Source: Longimicrobiales bacterium (GTDB taxonomy: Bacteria; Gemmatimonadota; Gemmatimonadetes; Longimicrobiales; Gaopeijiaceae). From it: a stretch of DNA of 64,000 nucleotides. This document shows positions 10,650 to 18,597 of the stretch, piece after piece. A program made the translations under genes and the position numbers. How positions within the stretch are numbered: the first letter of the stretch is position 1; each line of letters starts with the position of its first letter. The DNA lies in contig CBDCVV010000016.1 of the NCBI GenBank assembly GCA_965223235.1, forward strand, positions 92,108 to 156,107. The letters are read 5' to 3'. The notes below the pieces were generated by a model. The model did not search any database and was not told the DNA's origin. It saw only the letters and a list, made by a program, of their open reading frames with translations.

Positions 10650-11210
10650 ATGGGCTTTCTCCTCTCCATGTGGCTTCCGATCGTCCTTTCGGGCGTCGCG
10701 GTATTCGTCGCGAGTTCTGTCATTCACATGGTGCTCGGGTACCACAAGCACGACTTCACCCCCGTACCCGATGAAGAGGCCGCCCGGAATGCGATGCGGC
10801 CCCTGGCCATTCCACCCGGTGACTACGTCATCCCTTATGCCGGCAGCATGGAGGCGATGAACTCAGACGAGTACAAGGCGAAGGTATCGGAGGGGCCAGT
10901 GATCTTCTTCACCGCGCTGCGGTCGGAAGACATGAGCAGCATGGGAACGCAGCTGACCCAATGGTTCGGGTACTGCGTCTTCGCGAGCGCGGTAGCCGCG
11001 TATGTGGCTGGCTTCGCTCTGGCTGGCGGTGCCGACTACATGGGAGTCTTTCGCATCACGAGCGTCGTCGCATTCTGCTGCTACGCGATGGCTCACCCTC
11101 AACGGTCGATCTGGTACAAGCAGAAGTGGGGCACTACCGGTCGCAACATGTTCGACGGTCTCGTTTACTCGCTCCTCACGGGCGGAATCTTTGGCTGGCT
11201 GGTCTCCTGA
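10650..11210 (+). CDS. hypothetical integral membrane protein
   Basis: 186 aa with about four hydrophobic helices. AAGGAG RBS 7 nt before the ATG. No family recognised. Confidence 0.5.
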   Translation: MGFLLSMWLPIVLSGVAVFVASSVIHMVLGYHKHDFTPVPDEEAARNAMRPLAIPPGDYVIPYAGSMEAMNSDEYKAKVSEGPVIFFTALRSEDMSSMGTQLTQWFGYCVFASAVAAYVAGFALAGGADYMGVFRITSVVAFCCYAMAHPQRSIWYKQKWGTTGRNMFDGLVYSLLTGGIFGWLVS

Positions 11211-11228
11211 GTCACTCTGGCCCTGGGG

Positions 11229-12044
11229 TTAGGGACCCTCGGCCGATCCTCGCCTCGCGATCTCCAGTAGTTCATCGGAGTCGATCTCTCCGACGAGTGC
11301 TTGCTCTACGGACGGGGACGCCCACGTGACGACTGGCATGACCGGAGCGGTGCCCGGGCGATGCGGGGAGATCGCAGGTAACCGCGACGTCGAACCCTCT
11401 CTTGGTACCACGTAATGGGAGATCTCGAGATCTCCCTTCTTGTACACGATCATCGCTCCCCGCCGCCCCTCGAGTAGACAGATTTCGGCTCGCTCGAGGC
11501 TGAGGCCGGCGAGTTGGATCGGTCGAATTCGGAAGCCGAGCTCACGTTCGAGGAATCGAGTCACTTGGGCCGGATCGTTCGTGACGATGTGATCCTCACC
11601 GACCGCTCGTCGGAGGTAGTCTTCGACGAAGACATCGCCCGGAGCGTACGACGTGGGTGCCGGGGCGCGCACGATCGTGATACCGGCTACCACAACCGCT
11701 ATCGCCACAATCAAAGCCACCCATTCGCGCCGTCTATGTACCGGCAGCGGCGATTGGATCCGATCCACTTCCTGAGGGGCATCGATCCGGAAACGAGAGG
11801 CCGACTCTTGCTGGACACCACCCGGCTGCCGAAGGGCGGCCTCGATCTCGCCTCGAAGTGCCTTCGGCGCTTCCACATCCTTCGCGCGATCGTACGCATC
11901 CAGAAGGCGCCTGTCTTGGCGGAAGTACGACACGCAGCACTCGCAGGTGGCCAAATGCTCCCTGGCTGCCTGCAAGTCGTCTCCCACGATCCGCAGTCTT
12001 TCTGGCGGCCAAAGGAGTTGGCGAGCTCGCTGGCAATCCATCAC
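11229..12044 (-). CDS. putative zf-HC2 anti-sigma factor (single-pass membrane)
   Basis: 271 aa. The N-terminal C..A...L......L......HL..C..C pattern (MMDCQRARQLL...HLATCECC) is followed by one TM helix (WVALIVAIAVVVAGITIV). Confidence 0.6.
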   Translation of the reverse strand: MMDCQRARQLLWPPERLRIVGDDLQAAREHLATCECCVSYFRQDRRLLDAYDRAKDVEAPKALRGEIEAALRQPGGVQQESASRFRIDAPQEVDRIQSPLPVHRRREWVALIVAIAVVVAGITIVRAPAPTSYAPGDVFVEDYLRRAVGEDHIVTNDPAQVTRFLERELGFRIRPIQLAGLSLERAEICLLEGRRGAMIVYKKGDLEISHYVVPREGSTSRLPAISPHRPGTAPVMPVVTWASPSVEQALVGEIDSDELLEIARRGSAEGP

Positions 12045-12127
12045 GTACTGATCCTGACCCCGTTTCTACATTCACTCGGCCCGCTTTGGCCGGCTCCCAT
12101 CCAATACAAGCAAGGGAGATTTGGTTC

Positions 12128-12952
12128 TCACGACGCCTTGCTCAACTCCCCGAGAGCGGGAGGAAGCGGAGGAGCGCGTCGCGTCGGGGGCGCGTCGGGT
12201 CGCCGAGCGTGGACCGGTTCATGGTACATCCGATTCGGGAGGCAGCCGGCCCGGCGGGCCCACTCCCGCCACGACGGACCGTGACCGCCCGCTCCGCCCG
12301 TCAACCAATCAGCAGCGTGGGCCATCTCGTGTAGGAGAGTGTCGATTCGCTCGGCACCGTTCCCAGGGAGCATCAGGTCCACGTTGAGAGCGATCTCGTC
12401 CACGCGTCGTTGTCCGTCTTCGGATTCAGACGGGAGCATGTGTCCGAGGCGGGAGGACATGCGTTCGCTCAATCGTATGGGGACGTCGGCTGGGAGTATG
12501 TTGTCAAAGCGCGTAGTGTTGAAGTACGTGTACGCTGCGCGCAGGTAGGTCCGCTGGCCATCCGTACCGCAACAGCGAGTGCCGGCCTTGGTGGCGTCAC
12601 TCGCCGCGTCAGCGCGAGCCTTCGCGAGCGCCCGAATCAGGGTGGGCCACTCAACGATCATCTTGGAAGCAGCTTTCGCTTCGCGGGACCCGGTGCCCCC
12701 TTCTCGTACCACTGTCGCGAATGCGTCGAGGAGTGCGGCGTCAGCTTCGCCGTAGGCGGCGTGGACGTTGAGAACCGTTCCCCGCTGCGTCAGCGACCAG
12801 ACGGTGCTGCGGTTATTCCGGAATGATACGCGCCTTATTCGCGTGGCGCCGCGCAAATGGAGTGCGTGCAGGAAGTCAGCCGTTGTCATGGTCTTACGGC
12901 ACTGTCCGAGTGCTCGGAGTGAGATCGACTCATACACCGCATATAGTATCAC
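12128..12952 (-). CDS. SprT-like zinc metalloprotease domain protein
   Basis: 274 aa. HEMAHAADW (HExxH) followed by GHGPSWREWARRAGC, as in SprT-like domains. The start could instead be M22 at 12889. Confidence 0.7.
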   Translation of the reverse strand: MILYAVYESISLRALGQCRKTMTTADFLHALHLRGATRIRRVSFRNNRSTVWSLTQRGTVLNVHAAYGEADAALLDAFATVVREGGTGSREAKAASKMIVEWPTLIRALAKARADAASDATKAGTRCCGTDGQRTYLRAAYTYFNTTRFDNILPADVPIRLSERMSSRLGHMLPSESEDGQRRVDEIALNVDLMLPGNGAERIDTLLHEMAHAADWLTGGAGGHGPSWREWARRAGCLPNRMYHEPVHARRPDAPPTRRAPPLPPALGELSKAS

Positions 12953-13016
12953 CGGTCAGTTGGTCGTACAGGATACAGTAGTCGTCTATGCCGCTCCTAT
13001 TGCGTACCGAGGCCGG

Positions 13017-13694
13017 ATGCTGTTTCGTTCGATTGACCCCACACTCACCGGCACGGACAATCCAGTTCTCGGAGGAACACTCGTGGCGACTCGTAAGAAG
13101 AAACCTGCGGCCAAGAAGAAGACTGCCGCCAAGAAGAAGCGGGCAACGAAGAAGCCGGCCACGAAGAAGGCCTCCGGCGCGAAGAAGCGTCCGTCCCGGA
13201 AGACGGCACCGCGCAAGAAAGCCGCCAAGAAGGCGGTAGCGAAGGCCAAGAAGAAGGTGGCCAAGAAGAAGGCTGCGGTGAAGAAAGCCGCAAAGAAGAC
13301 GGTGAAGAAGACTAAGAAGACGGTCGCGAAGAAGAAGAAGACCGTCGCAAAGAAGGCCAAAAAGACGGTGAAGAAGGCCAAGAAGACCGTCGCGAAGAAG
13401 AAGAAGGCCGTCGCGAAGAAGAAGGCCACCAAGAAGAAGGTTGTAGCGAAGAAGAAGGCTACCAAGAAGAAGGCCGCCAAGAAGAAGGCCGTGGCGAAGA
13501 AGAAGACCGCCCGTAAGAAGCCTGCGGCGAAGAAGAAGACCGCTCGCAAGAAGCCGGCGGCCAAGAAGAAGACTGCTCGGAAGAAGCCCGCGGCCAAGAA
13601 GAAGACTGCTCGTAAGAAGCCTGCGGCGAAGAAGAAGACTGCTCGCAGAAAGCCCGCGGCCAAGAAGAAGACCACTCGGAAGAAGAAGAAGTAA
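13017..13694 (+). CDS. histone H1-like Lys/Ala-rich nucleoid-associated protein
   Basis: I chose the ATG at 13017 because the ORF from 12768 overlaps the divergent gene. Most of the protein is K/A/T/P repeats ending in about 6 copies of AKKKTARKKPA. Confidence 0.7.
   Translation: MLFRSIDPTLTGTDNPVLGGTLVATRKKKPAAKKKTAAKKKRATKKPATKKASGAKKRPSRKTAPRKKAAKKAVAKAKKKVAKKKAAVKKAAKKTVKKTKKTVAKKKKTVAKKAKKTVKKAKKTVAKKKKAVAKKKATKKKVVAKKKATKKKAAKKKAVAKKKTARKKPAAKKKTARKKPAAKKKTARKKPAAKKKTARKKPAAKKKTARRKPAAKKKTTRKKKK
13494..13691 (+). repeat. 33-bp in-frame tandem repeat, about 6 copies, inside the H1-like gene
   Basis: gcgaagaagaagaccgcccgtaagaagcctgcg and close variants start at 13494, 13527, 13560, 13593, 13626 and 13659. 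Confidence 0.85.
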
Positions 13695-13716
13695 GCCGAT
13701 CCGGTCGAGCAGCACC

Positions 13717-13758
13717 GGGGGCGTCGGCACCGTGAAGGTGTCGGCGCCCTCTTTTTTA
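13717..13758 (+). terminator. rho-independent terminator after the H1-like gene
   Basis: About 13-bp GC stem (ggggcgtcggcacc / ggtgtcggcgccc, two G-U pairs), followed by tctttttt. Confidence 0.75.
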
Positions 13759-13802
13759 AGTCGGGCGCGTGAGTGGCAACCGCCGAATGTCGATGAGATG
13801 CG

Positions 13803-15113
13803 ATGAATCACTTCGTTAGCACGCGGGGAGGTGAGGCTGTCTCCTTTCGGGAGGCCGTGTTACGGGGACTCGCGTCGGACGGGGGTTTGTTCGTGCCGGC
13901 GGAGGTCCCGGAGTTGTCGGAGGCGTGTGGGCACAAGAGCGTGACCAACTTCGATGAACACGCTCGCCTCGCGACGCTCCTCGCCCTCCCTGGCGAGACT
14001 GGCGCTTCGGCGGTTCGCGTCGTGCGTCGCGCGTTCAACTTTCCCGTCCCGCTGATCGAGGTCGACTCTGGGGTCTTCGTCTTGGAGCTGTTTCACGGCC
14101 CGACAGGGGCGTTCAAGGACTTTGGCGCACGTTTCATGGCCGGCGTGATGGGGGAGTTGCTCTCTGCCGGCGACCCAACGCGGACCGTGCTCGTGGCTAC
14201 CTCCGGCGACACCGGTGGCGCCGTCGCGAGCGCTTTTTCGCCAACGAGGTCTGTCCGTACAGTCGTGCTCTTTCCGCGGGATGGGATCTCGCTTCGACAA
14301 CGAAGGCAGATGACCACGCTCGACCGCGTCACCGCGTGCGCCGTCGATGGGTCGTTTGATGACTGTCAGCGGGTAGTCAAGGAAGCGTTCTCCCACGCTG
14401 AGCTAGTAGAGTCGTGGGGACTTACGGCGGCGAACTCCATCAATGTGGCGAGACTCGTTCCGCAGGCGTCGTACTACCTTTTCGCCGCGAACAAGGTTGT
14501 GACCAAGATGGGTCAGGCGCCCCATTTCGTGGTCCCCAGCGGGAATCTCGGGAACTTGTGCGCGGGGTTGCTTGCCGCACGAGCGGGAATGCCACACGCT
14601 GGCTTCACCGGGGCGACGAATGCGAATCGAACGCTGGTGGACTACGTCGAGGGCGAGGACCGACGCGTTGCACCTGCTTCGACGATCTCGTCGGCGATGG
14701 ACGTCGCGGTGCCCTCCAATCTCGAGCGCATCCGATGGTTGCAGGATGGGGGGCTGAGTACGCGAGAGGACCTTTCCGCCGTAGAAGTTTCCGATGAGGA
14801 GACCCGCAGAACCATTCGGCGTGTTTATGAAGAGCGGGACTACGTGCTGGATCCTCACAGTGCGGTTGCCTACGCAGCGGCCGTGCGCTCTCGGTCTGAC
14901 GGGAGGGCCGGCCCTATTGTCGTTTTGGCGACAGCTCATCCCGCTAAATTCCCCGACGTCGTGGAGAACGTGATTGGTAGCGAAGTCGCCGTACCCGAAG
15001 GGCTATTTCCTCCCGATTCCAAAGCTGAGCATATGATCGATCTAGATCCGACACTCGAAGCGTTGCGCTCGGTCTTGGAGCAGAGTGGACGACGCCGGGC
15101 GACCGTCGAATGA
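13803..15113 (+). CDS. thrC: threonine synthase
   Basis: 436 aa. STRG start motif, PLP-lysine context GPTGAFKDFGARFMAG, overall ThrC length. Confidence 0.9.
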   Translation: MNHFVSTRGGEAVSFREAVLRGLASDGGLFVPAEVPELSEACGHKSVTNFDEHARLATLLALPGETGASAVRVVRRAFNFPVPLIEVDSGVFVLELFHGPTGAFKDFGARFMAGVMGELLSAGDPTRTVLVATSGDTGGAVASAFSPTRSVRTVVLFPRDGISLRQRRQMTTLDRVTACAVDGSFDDCQRVVKEAFSHAELVESWGLTAANSINVARLVPQASYYLFAANKVVTKMGQAPHFVVPSGNLGNLCAGLLAARAGMPHAGFTGATNANRTLVDYVEGEDRRVAPASTISSAMDVAVPSNLERIRWLQDGGLSTREDLSAVEVSDEETRRTIRRVYEERDYVLDPHSAVAYAAAVRSRSDGRAGPIVVLATAHPAKFPDVVENVIGSEVAVPEGLFPPDSKAEHMIDLDPTLEALRSVLEQSGRRRATVE

Positions 15114-16048
15114 GTCAACCACTTTCGCGAGGCGCCGTACGTGTACCCTCGTCGACATCAAATCTCGGTTCTGGATACGACACTCTCGGGTTAGCACTCC
15201 GGCGCTACTTGACGGCGCGGTTCGAGCCCGACGAGAGCGGGGAGCTGCGAGTGCTCCGCTCCGGGTCTCTCGCTTCGCTCGAAGAGGACCCGTCGAAGGA
15301 CCTCGTGGCTGTGGCCATGAGTCGGGTGTTGGACGCCGAGGGGCGTACACCGTCGGGCACTCTGACTCTGGAGTCCGACATCCCCGTCGCTCGAGGGCTG
15401 GGCAGCTCCGCGGCGGCGGTCTTGGCCGGTTATGATTTGGCTCGTCAGGCACTCGGGTTGGGACGCGACGACGACGGCGCGTTCGCAACCGCCCTCGGCC
15501 AAGAGGGACATGGAGACAACGCTGCACCGTGTCTCTTCGGCGGATTGCGAGCGGTGTCCCAGACTCCGGAGGGACCCGTGGTGGTGCCCCTACCACTCAG
15601 TCCCGAGATCGGGTTCGCATACGCGGCTCCTGCGGGACGGATCAGTACTCGAGAGGCTCGGGAGATTCTCCCGGCGCGGGTGAGCCATCGAGTCGCTGCC
15701 CACGCTTTGGGCCGACTCGTGGCTCTGGTGCGAGGCCTAGAGACGGGGGATCGCGAGCTGCTTCAGATCGGTCTCAGAGACGAGCTACACGTACCACACC
15801 GCCTGGGGCTTATCCCTGGTGCGACAGCTGCGATCTCCGCGGGTTTAGATGCAGGGGCGTGGGCGATCACCGTGTCGGGCGCAGGGTCGGGTCTAATCGC
15901 GGTGTGCGATCCGGCGGACGCGACCGGGATCGGGCTTGCGATGCGGGAGTCGTTTGATGCGGGCCGTGGAGATCCCGAGTGCGTCGGATTCCCGGTCTTA
16001 CCGTGTGCCGTCGGGCTGACGCGCGTGGCCGCCGATGGGGACGCCTAG
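15110..16048 (+). CDS. thrB: homoserine kinase
   Basis: 312 aa with an ATGA overlap onto thrC. GHMP kinase motif PVARGLGSSAAAV. Confidence 0.85.
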   Translation: MSQPLSRGAVRVPSSTSNLGSGYDTLGLALRRYLTARFEPDESGELRVLRSGSLASLEEDPSKDLVAVAMSRVLDAEGRTPSGTLTLESDIPVARGLGSSAAAVLAGYDLARQALGLGRDDDGAFATALGQEGHGDNAAPCLFGGLRAVSQTPEGPVVVPLPLSPEIGFAYAAPAGRISTREAREILPARVSHRVAAHALGRLVALVRGLETGDRELLQIGLRDELHVPHRLGLIPGATAAISAGLDAGAWAITVSGAGSGLIAVCDPADATGIGLAMRESFDAGRGDPECVGFPVLPCAVGLTRVAADGDA

Positions 16049-17409
16049 GAGCGCCAGCGGACGAGGCCTCGGCAGCCCCAAGCGAGGTAGATGTTGCTCA
16101 TGAGACGACCTGCCATGAAGGCAGAGAACGCGGCGGTTGCTCCGACCCACTCCAAGCCGAAGCCGAGTACGGTAAACGTGCCTGCGACCGTGAGGACTTC
16201 GAGGGCACTCGCTATTGTGATGTGGTGAGTTCGCCGGCTCTCCACGAGTAGGGCTCGCTGCAACGAGAGAAGAACCGACATCGCGGGGAGCGCGACGATG
16301 ACCCGGGCAGGGGTCAGCGCGAATCCTGCGAGTTCAGGCCGTAACCCGGAGATTCCCTCGAAGTACACATCTGACAGAGGTGTGAAGGCGACAAACGCCA
16401 ATCCCGCCGATGTGGCGAGGCCGAGCGAGATCGCGAAGGTGCGGAGCTCGGCAAAGTGCTCGAACCCTTCTCCCATGAGGGCGATTGCCGTGTCCTGGAA
16501 GGCGAGTCCCATGGAACGGAAGAAGAACGAGAGGGAGTGCACGACCGGAAAGACCGCGAGTGATTCCACGGGGGAGACGGATCTGCCCATGAAGAAGGTG
16601 AGGATCGGCTGGACGGTCAGTCCGATGAGCGAGGTCAAGGCAAGCGGCCAGTAGAAGCGCGCCAAGTCGCTGTAGGTGAGCTCTTCTCCCTCCACGTCGG
16701 GATAATCCCCCCGCAGGAAGCCGCGTACCGTTTCCGCAGCCATGAACCGGGCGACGATCGCCTCGACCGTTACGCCAGTGCCGAGAGCCAGCGCGCCCAC
16801 CCAAGCACCTGGAATGTCGAGGAGGAGGTAGCCGGCGAGCGCTGCGATGACCATGGCAACGAGGCGGATCCCCGTCCCGTACGCGACGAGCGCGGTCTTC
16901 CCCGACCGGATCAGGACTCCCTGAAGAAAGCGTCGGTAGCCGATCGCGCTCGGCCAAGGTAGGTAAAACCAAAGGGCCCCGTACGTGAGATCCGCGACCT
17001 CACGCGGTACCCCCATGAGGCCCACGATCAACGTCTCGTAGACCGGGGGGATCAGTGCGACCAAGAGGACAATCGTGGTCCCGAGGCACAGCGCCCTGGC
17101 GAAGTTGCGGAGCTTGAGGAAGCTGGTGCGGTCTTTCACCACTGAGGTGGCCGCGCTCATCAGCATGATGACGGGAGCCTCGATCAGGATCGCGACCGCG
17201 AACGCCACGCCATGAGCAGCGAGATTGAAGGTCGGATCCGAAAGGCGCGCAATGATCGCGGCCAGAAAAGGACCTTCCGTCGCCATCATGACCCACGTAG
17301 CGGCCAACGGGAGCCAGAAGCGGAAAATGGACCGCTGGGTCCGCACTGTCGGAGCGGGCACGAGTGCTCGGATTTTGGCGGGTGACCGCGACGGACCAAC
17401 CTCGCGCAA
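16045..17409 (-). CDS. polytopic membrane transporter-like protein (MOP/MATE-like, tentative)
   Basis: 454 aa with about 12 predicted TM helices. The family assignment rests on general resemblance only. Confidence 0.45.
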   Translation of the reverse strand: MREVGPSRSPAKIRALVPAPTVRTQRSIFRFWLPLAATWVMMATEGPFLAAIIARLSDPTFNLAAHGVAFAVAILIEAPVIMLMSAATSVVKDRTSFLKLRNFARALCLGTTIVLLVALIPPVYETLIVGLMGVPREVADLTYGALWFYLPWPSAIGYRRFLQGVLIRSGKTALVAYGTGIRLVAMVIAALAGYLLLDIPGAWVGALALGTGVTVEAIVARFMAAETVRGFLRGDYPDVEGEELTYSDLARFYWPLALTSLIGLTVQPILTFFMGRSVSPVESLAVFPVVHSLSFFFRSMGLAFQDTAIALMGEGFEHFAELRTFAISLGLATSAGLAFVAFTPLSDVYFEGISGLRPELAGFALTPARVIVALPAMSVLLSLQRALLVESRRTHHITIASALEVLTVAGTFTVLGFGLEWVGATAAFSAFMAGRLMSNIYLAWGCRGLVRWRS

Positions 17410-17517
17410 TGGGGTGTGGTGTTGAAGGGGGAGTCGAAAGCGACCTGATTGTGTGACCTTTCGGTCTTAGGTCGTCAGATTAGTTGACCAGACAAGCAAT
17501 CAGTTTTCGGAGGCGAG

Positions 17518-18168
17518 ATGCATCGACGTGTGTTGGGAAGTGTGATCATGATGGGGCTCATGGCCGGGTGCGGCGGGGATGACAACACCACGGGACCCAC
17601 GCCGCAGACGGCCGTGGCACTCCAGAGCGGGGACGGTCAGACGCAGACCGTCGGGCAGGCGCTCGCGAGTCCGGTCGTGGTACGGGTGTCACGAGATGGC
17701 CAGGCGCTACCCGGCGCGACCGTGAGTTGGTCCGTGACCGCGGGTGGAGGGTCAGTGAACCCGGCTTCGTCGACTACGGATGGGAGTGGGTTGGCATCGA
17801 CCACGTGGACGTTGGGTCCTGCGGTGGGTGCCAACACGCTAGAGGCGGCGGTTTCGGGAGCTACGAATTCGCCCGTGTCGTTTTCCGCGTCCGGTGAGTC
17901 AGCCACGTTGCCGACGACGGCTTCGGTGACGGTCGGAGCCGGTGGCAACAACTTCAGTCCGACATCTGTCTCGATCGCGACGGGTGGCGAGGTTACGTGG
18001 ACTTGGGCGGCTGGCTCCGTCGACCACAATGTCACCTTCTCGAGCGGCTCGAACTCGGCGACGCAGGATGGGGGAACGTTCCAGAGGACGTTTCCGACTG
18101 CTGGGTCGTTTGACTACCTCTGCACGATTCACGGTGCTGCCATGTCGGGGACGGTAGTGGTGCAGTAG
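17518..18168 (+). CDS. lipoprotein with one Big_1-like Ig repeat fused to a cupredoxin (plastocyanin-like) domain
   Basis: 216 aa with lipobox LMAGCGG. The GDGQTQTVGQAL...GGGSV...TWTLG repeat matches those of the 41.3-45.8 kb gene. The C-terminal H(DHNV)...YLCTIHGAAM gives a type-1 copper ligand pattern (H, C, H, M). Confidence 0.7.
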   Translation: MHRRVLGSVIMMGLMAGCGGDDNTTGPTPQTAVALQSGDGQTQTVGQALASPVVVRVSRDGQALPGATVSWSVTAGGGSVNPASSTTDGSGLASTTWTLGPAVGANTLEAAVSGATNSPVSFSASGESATLPTTASVTVGAGGNNFSPTSVSIATGGEVTWTWAAGSVDHNVTFSSGSNSATQDGGTFQRTFPTAGSFDYLCTIHGAAMSGTVVVQ

Positions 18169-18193
18169 TGGGGAGCGAGACTTCGTCTAAACC

Positions 18194-18226
18194 AGAGCCC
18201 CTCGGGCCAGAGACCGGAGGGGCTCT
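18194..18226. terminator. GC hairpin between convergent genes (member of a recurrent hairpin family)
   Basis: agagcccctc / gaggggctct is a 10-bp stem; the loop is gggccagagaccg. The same core recurs at 21599, 21786 and 21969. Confidence 0.55.
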
Positions 18227-18295
18227 TTACGGAATGCGAAGGGTGGGTATCCCGCGGGAGGAGCTCGAGGGGGCTCAGAGGGGTGTCGACGAGAG

Positions 18296-18595
18296 CTAGA
18301 CGGCGGCGCCTTCCCACATCGTGTCGAGTGCGGCGCGCGTCTCCCGCAGTGCTCCGCGCCCAGCAGGTTCGACAGAGAAGTACTTCTTGGCACGTCCCCC
18401 ACGCTCGGAGCTCGGTGGTCCGAGCTCGTAGGTCAGGTACCCCTTATTAGCGAGCCGACGGAGGGCGGTATAGACGGCTCCGTACGAGACGTCTCGGCCA
18501 GTGCGTTGCTCGATCTCCTCACGGATCTCCATGCCGTACGCACGGTTCTCGAGACGAATGACCGCAAGAAGGACCAGCTGCTCGAACTCTCCCAT
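18296..18595 (-). CDS. PadR family transcriptional regulator
   Basis: 99 aa: MGEFEQLVLLAVIRLENRAYGMEIREEIEQRTGRDVSYGAVYTALRRLANKGYL is a typical PadR winged helix. Only this terminal part of the 331-aa ORF is credited. Confidence 0.85.
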   Translation of the reverse strand: MGEFEQLVLLAVIRLENRAYGMEIREEIEQRTGRDVSYGAVYTALRRLANKGYLTYELGPPSSERGGRAKKYFSVEPAGRGALRETRAALDTMWEGAAV

Positions 18596-18597
18596 GA

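Noticed and set aside
12930-13811. 293-aa and 229-aa antisense ORFs (Leu/Arg/Gly-rich and Phe/Ala-rich) opposite the H1-like gene.
   Set aside because: They are mirror images of the AAG/GCN repeat, are compositionally absurd, and overlap a better-supported gene.
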